From: an uncultured Candidatus Peribacteria bacterium
Lineage (GTDB): Bacteria > Patescibacteriota > Gracilibacteria > RBG-16-42-10
Assembly (NCBI GenBank): GCA_964506115.1
Contig: CAZDKI010000003.1
Span: 40,627-104,626 of the forward strand
DNA length: 64,000 nt
Direction of reading: 5' to 3'
The notes under the pieces are model-generated. The model did no database searches. It saw nothing but the letters and a program-made list of their open reading frames with translations, and had not been told where the DNA came from. A program made the translations under genes and the position numbers. Below are positions 47,501-57,316 of the stretch, in pieces (the first letter of the stretch is position 1; every line of letters begins with the position of its first letter).

Positions 47501-48280
47501 CATATGGCCAGCTTCCCTCGTAGCATAGATAGTTTCATCCGACCAGCACTCAATGAGGAAATGGCATTCATGCGTAATATCGTTAATTTAGGCCATGCTA
47601 TTCGTGCTAGTCAGAAATTGAAAACACGTCAACCGCTACAGTCAGCAACAGTTATTGCTCCTATGCGTTTGCAAGCTGAGGAACTCCAAGTGATTGCGGA
47701 AGAACTCAATGTCAAAACCGTAACCATGACTAGCCCCGAACAAGCGACTATTCAAAAAGGTATCAAACCAAAAGCAGCCATTATTGGCCCTAAATATGGC
47801 AATGATGTCCAAACAATTATGCAAGCTGCCCGTGATCATAATGTGACCTTCGAAGATAATGGCACTGTTACTGTGGCTGGCAAATTCACCTTAGCTCCAG
47901 ATGAGTTTGAGGTTGTTTACAAAACTGAACCAGGTATGAGCATCATGAGTGAAGGCAATATCGTAGTCACACTCGACACCAATCTCACGGATGAATTGGT
48001 ATACGAAGGATATGCTCGTGAAATCGTACGTGCCATCCAAGACATGCGTAAAGCAGCCAATTACCAAGTAGACAGCCGTATCAATGTCAGCCTCGAAGTA
48101 CTGAGTGAACCTGAATTAGCCCATAAAGTAATCACTACCTGTGGTTCTTATATTGCTCGTGAGACATTGGCCGACACCCTCAATGCGGCCAATATCATCC
48201 CTGATAGAGAAGAAAAGATCGCTGTAGACAAACTAGAATTAGCGATAAAGATCTGCCCAAGTCAGAAAAGCAATAGCTAA
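44525..48280 (+). CDS. ileS: isoleucine--tRNA ligase with inserted degenerate histidine-phosphatase-fold domain
   Basis: The ATG at 44525 (MATPEKK...) is preferred over the TTG at 44483. PPTANGKPGVHHV, the CP1/editing region, KMSKSQGN, and the anticodon-binding region LDRWILSEL ... NWYVRRSRRRFW. An extra ~170-aa domain is encoded at about 46684-47200. Confidence 0.9.
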   Translation: MATPEKKSASKIEPKTIFDPVQVKQSFPDLENDILDFWKKDDVFKLVQDKRTGSKPFIFYEGPPTANGKPGVHHVIARVFKDVILRYKTMQGFYIERKAGWDTHGLPVELQVEKELGISGKKQIEEYGIEAFNNKCKDSVHKFTQAFEVMTERIGYWVDMKNPYVTYSPDYIESVWWCLKQIWEKGLLYRDLKIVPYCCRCGTPLSSHEVAQEYQTVKDMSLTALFKIIDQAKFSKDSETVYFAAWTTTPWTLVGNLALCVGPDIEYSQVRIDQNTAIIIATDRIAAYNDVLPKDEEGKPQYTIEATYRGTDLVDTSYEAPWNYYTSEKKGHYVVAEPFVTTTDGTGIVHIALYGEDDYQVIQKYDLPRLQHVDKEGRFIAGSGPYSGRYFKEEGLDVEVLKDLAARNMLLKKEKYEHNYPHCWRCKTPLIYFAISSWFIRMSQLRDELVKNNQEINWHPEHIKEGRFGNWLNEIRDWAVSRNRYWGTPLPVWECQSCHKTLCVGSMIELQKKSGQDLPINDKGEPDLHRPYIDNIIIACECGGTMKRVEEVIDCWFDSGAMPVAQVHYPFDIKDQEFQEHYFPADYICEAIDQTRGWFYTLLAVSTAIWNKTAYKNVICLGHILDDKGIKMSKSQGNIVDPMEVADKHGADALRWYMFNASPPGQPRNFSISLVEQSLRKFQLTLWNVYSFFVTYANIDQFQPQKFTKVISVQHTESENIPLGVVASDKDQVYHLTEKGHRDAEALAQEFKHSSLDKIFVAPLNRTRETAEIISQFHQVPVIDDERLRELNLGTFDGKLAADVETYLSSLTNQYAQKFPEGESYLDLEERVFAFLDEIKENCAGETILIVANGMVKKMIDKYFNHTPSDQVIANKFSLGSIDRYVMPWSEHKLDRWILSELHAMVKEVAIMLDNYQIWESTNKIEKFVDNLSNWYVRRSRRRFWKAENDQDKNGAYQTLYHVLTTLVKVIAPFVPFVSEHIYRNLVGKESVHMASFPRSIDSFIRPALNEEMAFMRNIVNLGHAIRASQKLKTRQPLQSATVIAPMRLQAEELQVIAEELNVKTVTMTSPEQATIQKGIKPKAAIIGPKYGNDVQTIMQAARDHNVTFEDNGTVTVAGKFTLAPDEFEVVYKTEPGMSIMSEGNIVVTLDTNLTDELVYEGYAREIVRAIQDMRKAANYQVDSRINVSLEVLSEPELAHKVITTCGSYIARETLADTLNAANIIPDREEKIAVDKLELAIKICPSQKSNS

Positions 48281-49498
48281 GGCGATCACAACTACAACAA
48301 TTGCGGTATAGATGTACATGATCTTACGCAATTGTTTGTGACCAAAAATTACTGAGATACCACACTTCACAATCATATTGCTCATAAATACCAAGAGTAC
48401 AGCAACACTAGCTTGAATGGTACTGATACTACCTTGGCCAGCTAATTGACTAGCCGAAATCGTCATCGCATCTACATCAGCTACACCGGCAAATAAACTA
48501 GCAAAGTAAAGTCCATTGACTCCAAAATAGGCTGTACTAGTACGTGCCAGGAATGAAATGACTACGAAAAGCAAAGCAAAAGTAATTGCAGAACTGATTT
48601 GAAAAGGATTATTTAAACTAACATTCTCATCCGTAGTCACTGTCTTGGTATGTAGTCTCCAAATAAACAAGACACCAATAATACCTAGTAAGACCATTGG
48701 TGCCACTAACCACTGCAGAATAGTCGGATTGACCAGAGATGCTGTAGTAAGCACTCTGATGGCTGCGATTGAACTAGCAATCACACTTCCCATTGCAAAC
48801 AAGGTGACAGGTCCAAGACTACGCTTAGATTGTTGAGCCATGGCCGTAGTTACTGCTGTCGACGATACCAAACCGCCGACTGCAGAACTAACCAAGATAC
48901 TACCGCGGCTACCAATAACAATATGTAATATATAACCAACGAAACTGATACCAGAAACAAGCACTACCATCCACCAAGCAACATAAGGATTGAAAAAATT
49001 CCAAGGACCCATATATTGATTAGGGAGAAAGGGCAAAATAGCTCCACTTAATACTGCAAATTGAACAGTAGCGAGAACTGCCTCCCTCGGTAAAATTTGT
49101 AACCAATTGGTAAGCACTTTTTTCACAGATAGAACCAAAGCCACCATTACCCCCATGGCCAGCACAATGCTATGATCCAATTGCAACGACAGAGCAGTTA
49201 ATAAAAATATAACAATCGCAGCCATTTCTGTAGTCAAACCATGTTGCTCGTGGTTCTTCATCCTGACGTAATAGCTCAAAGAAAGGATGGCAATCAAACT
49301 CAAAAACGCTATCGGGAAAAAGATCGGCCCCCAAAGCTGAGTAATTACACCAGTAAGCCATCCCCAAGCACCAATAAAAATAAATGTGCGCAAGCCGGCA
49401 ATAGTATTGACACCACTCAACCGATAAGACTCTCGTTCTAAGCCAACCAATACCGCTATTGCTAGAGACAAACCTAATGAAGGTAAAAAATCAGTCAT
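48239..49498 (-). CDS. MgtC/SapB family membrane protein with DUF4010-like extension
   Basis: The ATG at 49498 (MTDFLPSLGLSLAIAVLVGLERE) avoids overlap with uvrC. Multi-TM throughout. Its 3' end overlaps the ileS 3' end convergently by 42 nt. Confidence 0.7.
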   Translation of the reverse strand: MTDFLPSLGLSLAIAVLVGLERESYRLSGVNTIAGLRTFIFIGAWGWLTGVITQLWGPIFFPIAFLSLIAILSLSYYVRMKNHEQHGLTTEMAAIVIFLLTALSLQLDHSIVLAMGVMVALVLSVKKVLTNWLQILPREAVLATVQFAVLSGAILPFLPNQYMGPWNFFNPYVAWWMVVLVSGISFVGYILHIVIGSRGSILVSSAVGGLVSSTAVTTAMAQQSKRSLGPVTLFAMGSVIASSIAAIRVLTTASLVNPTILQWLVAPMVLLGIIGVLFIWRLHTKTVTTDENVSLNNPFQISSAITFALLFVVISFLARTSTAYFGVNGLYFASLFAGVADVDAMTISASQLAGQGSISTIQASVAVLLVFMSNMIVKCGISVIFGHKQLRKIMYIYTAIVVVVIALAIAFLTWADLYR

Positions 49499-49544
49499 AA
49501 AAAGAATATTCTTATTAGAATAGCATAAAATACCTCTTCTCACC

Positions 49545-51461
49545 ATGTTTACCGTTAGTGATCTCATCAAGGATTTGCTTAAAAAATGTAGTACACAACC
49601 AGGTGTCTACAAAATGCTCGATAAAGATAATCAGATCATTTATGTCGGCAAAGCAAAAAATCTACGTAAACGCGTAAAATCATATTTCCAGAAAAACAAA
49701 ACCATTGCCCCAAAGGTAGCAGTGATGCGAGAACGAATCGTAAATATTGAATTCACAGTTACTCGCACTGAGCTTGAAGCCCTCGTACTAGAAACCAACC
49801 TAATCAAAAGTATTCGGCCGAAGTACAACATCCTGATGAAAGATGACAAGAACTATGTCTATGCCAAGATTGCCAAAGATGTCGACTTTCCAGAAATCGA
49901 AATAGTGCGTCATTTTCGCAAAGATGCTAGCCACCATTATTTTGGGCCGTATACCTCAACCGATAGTATATTTAAGACTCTCAAGGGATTACAGAAACTA
50001 TTTCCTTACCGTAGCTGTCATGGAGAAATCAAAGAAATCGCTCCCGGCCAAACCGTTATTCACAACTTAAGCCGCCAAGCTCCTTGTTTAGACTATTACA
50101 TCAAACGCTGTCAGGCTCCCTGTATTGGCAAAGTAACCAAAGAAGAGTATCAGACCAATATCGCTCATATTTGCGCTATCCTCGGCGGAGACTATCAAGA
50201 TTTGGCTAAACAGTGGGAACAATCAATGACTGAAGCCGTGAGCAAAAAGGCATTTGAACAAGCAGCCAAGTACCGTGACCGCCTACAAGCATTGTCAGTT
50301 CTGACTGAAAAACAGTATGCCATTCTTACCTCAGGCCACAATCAAGATGTTTTAGCCGTCGCTAAAGATGAAGCAAATGCAGTGATTGCTCTCTTCATGA
50401 TTCGTAATGGCCATATCATTAGAACCGAGCATTTCAATCTGACCGACCAAAGTAAAGAAGAGTCGGTAGAAAATATGCTGGAATCTTTCATTCAGCAATA
50501 CTATACCGATGCCAGTTCTATCCCGGAAGAAATTGTTACCAGTGTAAGCTTAAGCGAAGAAAAGTTGTTGAGCCAATTTCTAACTACTCTGAAAGGGAAA
50601 AAAGTCACCTTGCTTACTCCAGAGAGAGGGGAGAAGCGACAATTGATCAGCATGGTAGAAGAAAATGCGAAACTACAATTAGAAGCAAATAAACAAGCTT
50701 GGGAACGAGAACGTGTCCATAGTAGCGGCGCTCTTGAGAGTTTACAGCAAGCTCTCAAGATGAAGTCAGTACCCCGACGTATAGAATGTTATGATATTTC
50801 TCATATTCAAGGCACTAATAAAGTAGGCTCTATGGTGGTGTTTATAGACGGAAAGCCCCTGACCAGCCACTATCGGCGATTCACCATCAAGGAGCTGGAA
50901 GAGGGGGTAAATAATGACTTTGCTTCACTACAAGAAGTACTTACTCGACGCATTCAATATTTAGATAGCGTCTATCGTAATAAAAAGAAGCGCAGAAAAG
51001 AAAAGATGGATACCGTTTCACTTCCTGAGCAACCGGACCTCATCATTATCGATGGCGGAAAGGGCCAACTTAGCAGTGTGATGACTGCACTCAAAGCAGT
51101 CATCAAAAGTGGTAGTAAAATCACCCTCCCTAAAGTAGTCAGTCTTGCTAAACAAGAAGAAGAGATCTTTATTCCTAAACAAAGAACACCAATTATCTTG
51201 CCTAAAGATAGTCCCGAGTTTTTCTTGATTCAACGCATTCGAGATGAAGCGCATCGTTTCGCTATTCAAGGTCATCGCAAAATGCGCGGCAAAAAGATGG
51301 TCCAGTCCGTGTTAGACGGCATCGATGGTATTGGTCCCAAAACTAAAAAGAAGCTTCTCTCTACCTTTGGCAGTGTTGCTGGTATTAGAGAAGCTTCTTG
51401 GGAACAACTACTCAGTGTAGTTGATGAACATATTGCCGAAAAAATCCGGGAACAAATTTAA
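49545..51461 (+). CDS. uvrC: excinuclease ABC subunit C
   Basis: 638 aa. GIY-YIG region GVYKMLDKDNQIIYVGKAKNLRKRVKSYF, UVR motif FEQAAKYRDRLQAL, endonuclease V-like region IECYDISHIQG, C-terminal HhH. Confidence 0.95.
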   Translation: MFTVSDLIKDLLKKCSTQPGVYKMLDKDNQIIYVGKAKNLRKRVKSYFQKNKTIAPKVAVMRERIVNIEFTVTRTELEALVLETNLIKSIRPKYNILMKDDKNYVYAKIAKDVDFPEIEIVRHFRKDASHHYFGPYTSTDSIFKTLKGLQKLFPYRSCHGEIKEIAPGQTVIHNLSRQAPCLDYYIKRCQAPCIGKVTKEEYQTNIAHICAILGGDYQDLAKQWEQSMTEAVSKKAFEQAAKYRDRLQALSVLTEKQYAILTSGHNQDVLAVAKDEANAVIALFMIRNGHIIRTEHFNLTDQSKEESVENMLESFIQQYYTDASSIPEEIVTSVSLSEEKLLSQFLTTLKGKKVTLLTPERGEKRQLISMVEENAKLQLEANKQAWERERVHSSGALESLQQALKMKSVPRRIECYDISHIQGTNKVGSMVVFIDGKPLTSHYRRFTIKELEEGVNNDFASLQEVLTRRIQYLDSVYRNKKKRRKEKMDTVSLPEQPDLIIIDGGKGQLSSVMTALKAVIKSGSKITLPKVVSLAKQEEEIFIPKQRTPIILPKDSPEFFLIQRIRDEAHRFAIQGHRKMRGKKMVQSVLDGIDGIGPKTKKKLLSTFGSVAGIREASWEQLLSVVDEHIAEKIREQI

Positions 51462-51952
51462 GATTTACGTTTCTTTGCTGGAGTAGATTTCCGTGCTAAT
51501 GGTTTAGTAGATTTTGGTGGCAATTTTACAGGAACTGGTTTAGTCACCACAGGAGCACTCACTTTTTCAGTAACCATAGTTGCTGGCTTCATAGTACCCA
51601 CGGTAGCGGTCTCTAATACGACACCACCAGTAATATTTGCTGACAAGTTGTAAAGAAGCGCAAGCAATATGCCATAGAAAAAACCAACAACCATTACGAT
51701 GAGCGTCAGTAAGCAAGTAAGTAAAAGGATTTGCCAAGGATTGAGAAAGATTTCTTGTTGCATACTAGGATTGTCTACCATGGTGTTGAAAAGTACTGTC
51801 AAACCACCACGACCAAAGGTAATCGCCACAAAATCAAAAGCCAAACCAAGGATGAATACGACAAGACCCACATATACCGCATACACTTTTCCTAAGGAAA
51901 CAGGTTTGACTCGGACGAAGGCTTGAAGCATAAATGATGTGTAATAAATCAA
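51458..51952 (-). CDS. hypothetical membrane protein with K/P-rich C-terminal tail
   Basis: 164 aa with three hydrophobic segments. Tail KPVPVKLPPKSTKPLARKSTPAKKRKS. The exact start is uncertain. Confidence 0.45.
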   Translation of the reverse strand: MIYYTSFMLQAFVRVKPVSLGKVYAVYVGLVVFILGLAFDFVAITFGRGGLTVLFNTMVDNPSMQQEIFLNPWQILLLTCLLTLIVMVVGFFYGILLALLYNLSANITGGVVLETATVGTMKPATMVTEKVSAPVVTKPVPVKLPPKSTKPLARKSTPAKKRKS

Positions 51953-51978
51953 TGGTAACCGTATATGACACCCTAACT

Positions 51979-52701
51979 ATGGTCAAACCTCAAAGATTGC
52001 AAAAATACATCGCCGGTTGTGGAATATGCTCTAGAAGAAAAGCTGAAATCCTCATTGTAGCAGGCAGAGTCACTATTAATGGCAAGAAAGCTTCACTAGG
52101 AATGAGCGTAAACTCAGATGACAAAGTGATGCTAGATAACAAGCTGATCCAATCCTCAGATAACCCAGAACAAACTTTTCTGGTCTATAAGCCTCGAGGC
52201 TATACCAGTTCAGTATCCGATCGTTTTGCGGAAAAGTTAGTTACTGAATTAGTGCCAAGTAAGCTGAGACTCTATCCAGTAGGTAGATTGGACAAAGACT
52301 CAGAAGGGTTGATTCTGCTCACTAATAATGGCGATCTTGCCAACCGATTACTTCATCCGCGCTATGAACTCAACAAAGTCTATGAGGTAACACTTGATAG
52401 ACCATTATCAGCAGCAGATAGAGCAGGATTATTAAAAGGTGTATTCGATCGTGGCGAAAACTTAGAAGTAGATAATATTATTTTTAAACAAAGCGCCCAT
52501 ATCATTGAAATCACTTTGCACCACGGCAAAAAGCGCCACATTAGAAGGATGTTAGCTAGATTTGATTATCAAGTACTGAAGCTAGTCCGCACCCAGATTG
52601 GACCACTCACTCTTGCCACTTTGAGAAGGGCACCGTATCTTGCCCTTAGTGACCAAGATATTGATCATTTGCTCTCTTCATGTCTCAAGCCTTCCTCTTA
52701 A
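51979..52701 (+). CDS. pseudouridine synthase, RsuA/RluB family
   Basis: S4 domain QRLQKYIAGCGICSRRKAEILIVAGRVTING. Catalytic block PVGRLDKDSEGLILLTNNGDLANRLLHP. The start is chosen at 51979 (MVKPQRL) to avoid the divergent gene; 51934 and 51952 are alternatives. Confidence 0.8.
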   Translation: MVKPQRLQKYIAGCGICSRRKAEILIVAGRVTINGKKASLGMSVNSDDKVMLDNKLIQSSDNPEQTFLVYKPRGYTSSVSDRFAEKLVTELVPSKLRLYPVGRLDKDSEGLILLTNNGDLANRLLHPRYELNKVYEVTLDRPLSAADRAGLLKGVFDRGENLEVDNIIFKQSAHIIEITLHHGKKRHIRRMLARFDYQVLKLVRTQIGPLTLATLRRAPYLALSDQDIDHLLSSCLKPSS

Positions 52702-53591
52702 GCACATTTTTGTTTTACCAAACTCTGCAAAATTCTACCTTGCTCAGCATCCCTCAGGATACGACAGTTAGTAACAATGTAGAGGCACTGAACGAAAACT
52801 ATCTTTATAATCCAGCTCGATTTAACATTACTAAAGATGTGGATGCCTTGGCTCCTGTAATCAATGCCAAAGCAGCTTTGATCATGGACGTAAATACGCA
52901 AGCCATTCTCTATCAGAAAAATGGGTATGAGCGCTTACCCATAGCTAGCATCACCAAGCTTTTCACAATGATGACGCTATTGGATCAAAAGATTCCTTTA
53001 GACAAAGTAATTACTATCGACCAGTATGCGGCTGATATGCCAGCTTCCAAGCTCTACCTCAAAAGAGGTGATAAACTCACTCTCCATAGCTTACTTCAAG
53101 GCAGTCTAATCTCCTCAGCCAATGATGCTACAATGGCTATTGTGCAGGGTGCATTAGGAGGATCAGAAAATGCTATTGAGTTAGTCAACAAAAAGGTACA
53201 TGCATTAGGTTTAATCAATACCCACATTGCTCACCCCCTAGGCTTCGATGATGCCCAAAACTACTCTACAGCATTTGAAATAGGCAAAGCAGCCCATACT
53301 ATTTACAGTAAATATCCTACGATTCTAGACATTGTGAAATTGGGACCATTAACTATTACTTCCCAGTTGGGCAACACTTATAAAGTAAATCCCACTAATC
53401 AACTCTTAAATAGTTATATCAAGATGCAGGGGCTCAAAACAGGCACTACACCTGAGGCTGGTGAATCTTTTGTGTCGCTGGGAACATATCGAGGCCATCA
53501 ATTAATTACCGTGGTACTTAATAGCCCTGACCGCTTCCAAGAAACAAAAGTGCTTTATGAATGGGTCACCAAACACTACCACTGGCAATAG
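52680..53591 (+). CDS. D-alanyl-D-alanine carboxypeptidase (peptidase S11, PBP5-like)
   Basis: 303 aa. The SxxK (ASITKLFT), SxN (SSANDA) and KTG (KTGTT) motifs are present in the correct order. Confidence 0.8.
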   Translation: MSQAFLLSTFLFYQTLQNSTLLSIPQDTTVSNNVEALNENYLYNPARFNITKDVDALAPVINAKAALIMDVNTQAILYQKNGYERLPIASITKLFTMMTLLDQKIPLDKVITIDQYAADMPASKLYLKRGDKLTLHSLLQGSLISSANDATMAIVQGALGGSENAIELVNKKVHALGLINTHIAHPLGFDDAQNYSTAFEIGKAAHTIYSKYPTILDIVKLGPLTITSQLGNTYKVNPTNQLLNSYIKMQGLKTGTTPEAGESFVSLGTYRGHQLITVVLNSPDRFQETKVLYEWVTKHYHWQ

Positions 53592-53633
53592 AGAAAAAGT
53601 CAGTGTATAATTTAAGGTGCATAAGAAATCAAA

Positions 53634-53972
53634 ATGAACTTCACATCCCTACGTGCAGTCATTCGCAACATCAAAAGTCATGTCAATTGTCCGCAATGTG
53701 ACAATAGCTACTCCAATGATGACATCAATGTCATTAGCGCAGTAGGTGAGAAGTGTATGATCGTCGCTCAATGTGACTATTGTAAGACTTCAATTTTAAT
53801 TACCGCCAATCTCAGTCCCAATTCACCAGAGGCAGCAACTACTACTAGCATCAATACGACAGTGCAACCAATGGATACCAAAGAAATCGTGAGCTCAGAT
53901 GATGTCATGGATGTGCACCAGTTCCTCAAAGACTTCAAAGGTAACTTTGATGAGATTTTGCCTAATAAATAA
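53634..53972 (+). CDS. hypothetical zinc-ribbon protein
   Basis: 112 aa. CPQC...CDYC pair in the N-terminal half. S/T-rich linker. Confidence 0.45.
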   Translation: MNFTSLRAVIRNIKSHVNCPQCDNSYSNDDINVISAVGEKCMIVAQCDYCKTSILITANLSPNSPEAATTTSINTTVQPMDTKEIVSSDDVMDVHQFLKDFKGNFDEILPNK

Positions 53973-54029
53973 GCGCTTCTAGGTTCTACTTAAGAATCAA
54001 AGTCTAGTTTCAGTAACTGGGCTTTTTTA

Positions 54030-54704
54030 TTAAGAAACCGATAGTTCAAAGCTACGTCGATGATTCCAACTCAATCGCAAATCTCTACGAACTTGAGCAA
54101 GATGAGCTCGGTATTGATCAATGTATTGTGGGTCAAAAACAAGTACAGCTAATTTACGGTACACATCCCACACACACCCCGAGTAGTTCAAATTATCGTT
54201 ATCAATAAGCCAATGAGGCAGTCCAATCATATCTTGCCTAGAGAAAACTTTGGCTGCTGCCAAATTTTTAAAGTCAGCTTCATCAAAAAACACCCAACCA
54301 TTGCCAGGATCGACAAAAAGCCATTCTCTGCCAGCTTGAAGCAATACCTGTTTTAAAATATCAATTGGCAACAAAACATCGAGCTGAGTTGGCCGTTCTG
54401 TTCTCACTAATACAGCTTGTAGGTTGGCGCGAACTCCTTTGTATACTTTGTCATCAACGTCGTAAAATTCTCGAGCTGAACGGCTTGGGTAATTGGTGAA
54501 AGCATCAAGTCCAGCACCCACCTCATTGAGGCGTTGCAAAATTTTATCTGCATTAGAGCTAGCATCATAAATTTCTTTTGCTGAAACGAAATGTAATGCC
54601 GTAAGAAATGCTCTCGCTTCAACTGCACTGAAAGAAAAATGTGGTGGAGCCACATTACCGACATGTTTTTCCCAGCTAAGCCAACGTTGATACCGTTCAG
54701 CCAT
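54030..54704 (-). CDS. hypothetical protein
   Basis: 224 aa from the ATG at 54704 (MAERYQRWLS...); the track start at 54743 is the alternative. No motif recognised. Confidence 0.45.
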   Translation of the reverse strand: MAERYQRWLSWEKHVGNVAPPHFSFSAVEARAFLTALHFVSAKEIYDASSNADKILQRLNEVGAGLDAFTNYPSRSAREFYDVDDKVYKGVRANLQAVLVRTERPTQLDVLLPIDILKQVLLQAGREWLFVDPGNGWVFFDEADFKNLAAAKVFSRQDMIGLPHWLIDNDNLNYSGCVWDVYRKLAVLVFDPQYIDQYRAHLAQVRRDLRLSWNHRRSFELSVS

Positions 54705-54820
54705 AATGATCATCAAACAAAGGTGTAACATTAAGATAGGCATGCAGCCATGTCAATCAATATGATTGACTTATTGGCTGAGAGAAACTAGTCTTTTACC
54801 CAATCATTCAATTGCTAATT

Positions 54821-55771
54821 ATGGAAAAACTTTACGATCAATCAGCATTAGAGGCTATTGCAGCAAAACATGATCTCGAACTGGGAGATAAATTGGGAAA
54901 ACCTAGTCGACATCAAGCAACAAAAGCAATTACCAGAGATGGTGTTTCTTATGTAATCAAATATGGTGACAAGCTAAATCTTCATGAGGTTAGATTAATG
55001 AAAGTGGCACAGACAATAGGGGACCTTAGCTTTCAAGTTCCAACAATTTTGGCCGAAGGTTTTGTTCAAAGAGATATCAGATATTGTGTACGCCAATATG
55101 TTGACCAACCAAATCTTGCTGAGATCAGCAAAGACCCAAGAAGAAACAGTGAAATGCTCGACGTTTTAAGCAACGCGGCTCAAGATTATCAAAGAGTACT
55201 TGCTGCATACGGACCAACATTGAAAGTAAGTCACGGACAAGCGGCAGCAGAAATGGCAAGATTTTTGGTAGCCATCGCAAGCTGGGAAACAAAACTACTA
55301 AGAGCAAATCCAGCATCGGCAAAAGCAATCAAAACTATCATGACTGATTTGATTAAACTGTATTATAAGTATGGAGCTGATTTTGTCGGGTATGCTCATG
55401 GAGATGTCCACGCTGAACATGTACTGTACAAAATAGGGGAGAAACCCACCTTACTCGATCTCAATGCTCAAGTGAGACTTGGCAAAGGATTTGATGGTGA
55501 AAAGCGCATAGGATTCTATGATAAAATCCGAGCCTTAGATTCTTCAGCAGCACATAGTTATGCCCCAAGTGGATTACATATTCACTTAGCGGGGCGCATA
55601 CGAGAACTCGAAGACCGATTCGGTCCTCAGCAAGTAAGAGCATTGATGGCAGCCAGACTACTAGGAGTCGCGACCGACATTGAAAAAGATGCCAAGGACG
55701 GAAAAAATATGCCTGACGTAGATATTAGACGTCGCTTAGTTAGAACCTTCATAGAAGCAGCCCGCTATTAG
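54821..55771 (+). CDS. protein-kinase-like fold (APH/choline-kinase-like) phosphotransferase homologue
   Basis: 316 aa from the ATG at 54821. GYAHGDVHAEHVLY resembles the HxDxxxxN catalytic loop with N changed to H. It is followed by PTLLDLNAQ (metal-binding Asp region). Confidence 0.5.
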   Translation: MEKLYDQSALEAIAAKHDLELGDKLGKPSRHQATKAITRDGVSYVIKYGDKLNLHEVRLMKVAQTIGDLSFQVPTILAEGFVQRDIRYCVRQYVDQPNLAEISKDPRRNSEMLDVLSNAAQDYQRVLAAYGPTLKVSHGQAAAEMARFLVAIASWETKLLRANPASAKAIKTIMTDLIKLYYKYGADFVGYAHGDVHAEHVLYKIGEKPTLLDLNAQVRLGKGFDGEKRIGFYDKIRALDSSAAHSYAPSGLHIHLAGRIRELEDRFGPQQVRALMAARLLGVATDIEKDAKDGKNMPDVDIRRRLVRTFIEAARY

Positions 55772-55776
55772 CACTA

Positions 55777-56673
55777 ATGACAATTGAATCGATTTTAAAC
55801 AAGCACCAATTAGTAGATACTAGGGAAACACTTAACGACCGAACACATATTAGAAAAGTTTTGGCTGAAGATGGACAAATAATGGTGCTTAAGACAAGTA
55901 AGATTGATATTCACCAAACTACATTATTATTAGCTGCCAGTGAGTCTCCAACCAAAAGAAGCTTCTCAACCCAAAGAGTATTTCATCCAGATAATCTAGC
56001 GCAACAACCAGAGTATCTCCTTTTAGAATATATTGAGGGTCAAGAATTGAAAGAGTTCTATCGTGACAGGTTAAGTGAAGCTCTAACTATCAGTGAAGGC
56101 ATTTGCAACGACTATCAAACATTCATTAAACAATGCCAAACAACTGGAATCATACCTTCAAAACCAAATATTGAAGTAGCTTATGGATGGCTTGGTCGCA
56201 TGTTCCATCGTTGGGTACGGCGCATTATTGAGAAAAAACTGCTGACTAAAAGCGAAGCTTTTAAGATTATTAGCACTCTATTTGCTTTAGCTGACCAAAA
56301 TCCAGATCAGTTCTTTGGATATAACCACGGTAATATTCATGGTGAACATGTCATTGTCACTCCCCAAGCCGAACCATATCTACTTGATTTAACTATCGAG
56401 CCCAGACCAGGAACTGCTTTCTATGATCACTTACGTGTACTAGACTTTATTCTTTTAGAACATCCCGATCCTAACCATGCTTTACCTGAAATAGTAACTA
56501 GATTAAAAGCATTGAAGGATCAACATGACCCCGTTGCAGTACAAGCAGTATGGGCTTTTCGTTGTATTGGTTTACTAGGAGCGGATATTTTAGGCAACAC
56601 CAAAAGAGTAGCAGCTCCGGAGTATCCTGTGAGAGAACAAATTGCTTTGGCTATGATAAGGAGCCAATACTAG
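55777..56673 (+). CDS. kinase-like fold paralogue, catalytic Asp replaced (HGN)
   Basis: 298 aa, starting 5 nt after the previous gene. GYNHGNIHGEHVIV aligns with GYAHGDVHAEHVLY. PYLLDLTIEPRPGTAFYDHLRVLD aligns with PTLLDLNAQ...GFYDKIRALD. Confidence 0.5.
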   Translation: MTIESILNKHQLVDTRETLNDRTHIRKVLAEDGQIMVLKTSKIDIHQTTLLLAASESPTKRSFSTQRVFHPDNLAQQPEYLLLEYIEGQELKEFYRDRLSEALTISEGICNDYQTFIKQCQTTGIIPSKPNIEVAYGWLGRMFHRWVRRIIEKKLLTKSEAFKIISTLFALADQNPDQFFGYNHGNIHGEHVIVTPQAEPYLLDLTIEPRPGTAFYDHLRVLDFILLEHPDPNHALPEIVTRLKALKDQHDPVAVQAVWAFRCIGLLGADILGNTKRVAAPEYPVREQIALAMIRSQY

Positions 56674-57157
56674 ATTCAGCAAAAGTCACAACTTCCCAAG
56701 AATTACCGACTTTAATTAGAAATTCTTGAAAGGACTCCCTACTGATAGCCAGTGATGCAGTGTTTCTATTTGGATGAAAATAGAAAGTCTCTTGTTGCCA
56801 TAAATCAACATCGATCAGTACTTTGATGTGATGATCGGAATCGTTAATCAAACCGAAAGGGGATACCGAACCTGGGGTAAGCTTAAGATACTGCAGCAAC
56901 CTTTCTTCAGAAGCAAAACTAAGTTTTGACTCATGAACCAAATGAGCCGCCGCCACTAAATTTATTCGCTTCGCGGCTGGGATAATAAATAAATAATGTT
57001 GAGTACTATTTTTATTACGCAGAAATAAATTTTTTGCATGTCCGCCAATATGAGTGGACGCAAAAAGAGAAGCATCTTCACAAGTAAAGAATGCTTCATG
57101 TTCAAATTTTTGATAAACAATTCCCCAACTATCCAATAATTCCAGAATATCTGACAT
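56651..57157 (-). CDS. YbaK/ProX-type aminoacyl-tRNA deacylase domain protein
   Basis: 168 aa. GHAKNLFLRNKN ... LKLTPGSVSPFGLIND ... FHPNRNTASL matches the prolyl-tRNA-synthetase-associated (PrdX/ProX-like) domain pattern. Confidence 0.7.
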   Translation of the reverse strand: MSDILELLDSWGIVYQKFEHEAFFTCEDASLFASTHIGGHAKNLFLRNKNSTQHYLFIIPAAKRINLVAAAHLVHESKLSFASEERLLQYLKLTPGSVSPFGLINDSDHHIKVLIDVDLWQQETFYFHPNRNTASLAISRESFQEFLIKVGNSWEVVTFAESSIGSLS

Positions 57158-57316
57158 GCTAAAAAGAAAAGCTACGGATTAGTGTAATCGATCTCTAGCC
57201 AAATGCAATTTAGTTCTGCACTCACGTAATACAGATCTCTTGAACCGTAATACCATGTCAAAAGCCAAACCAGCCACTTAATTTTTATGTCAGCTTGTGT
57301 TATAAGTCTTGTGCTT

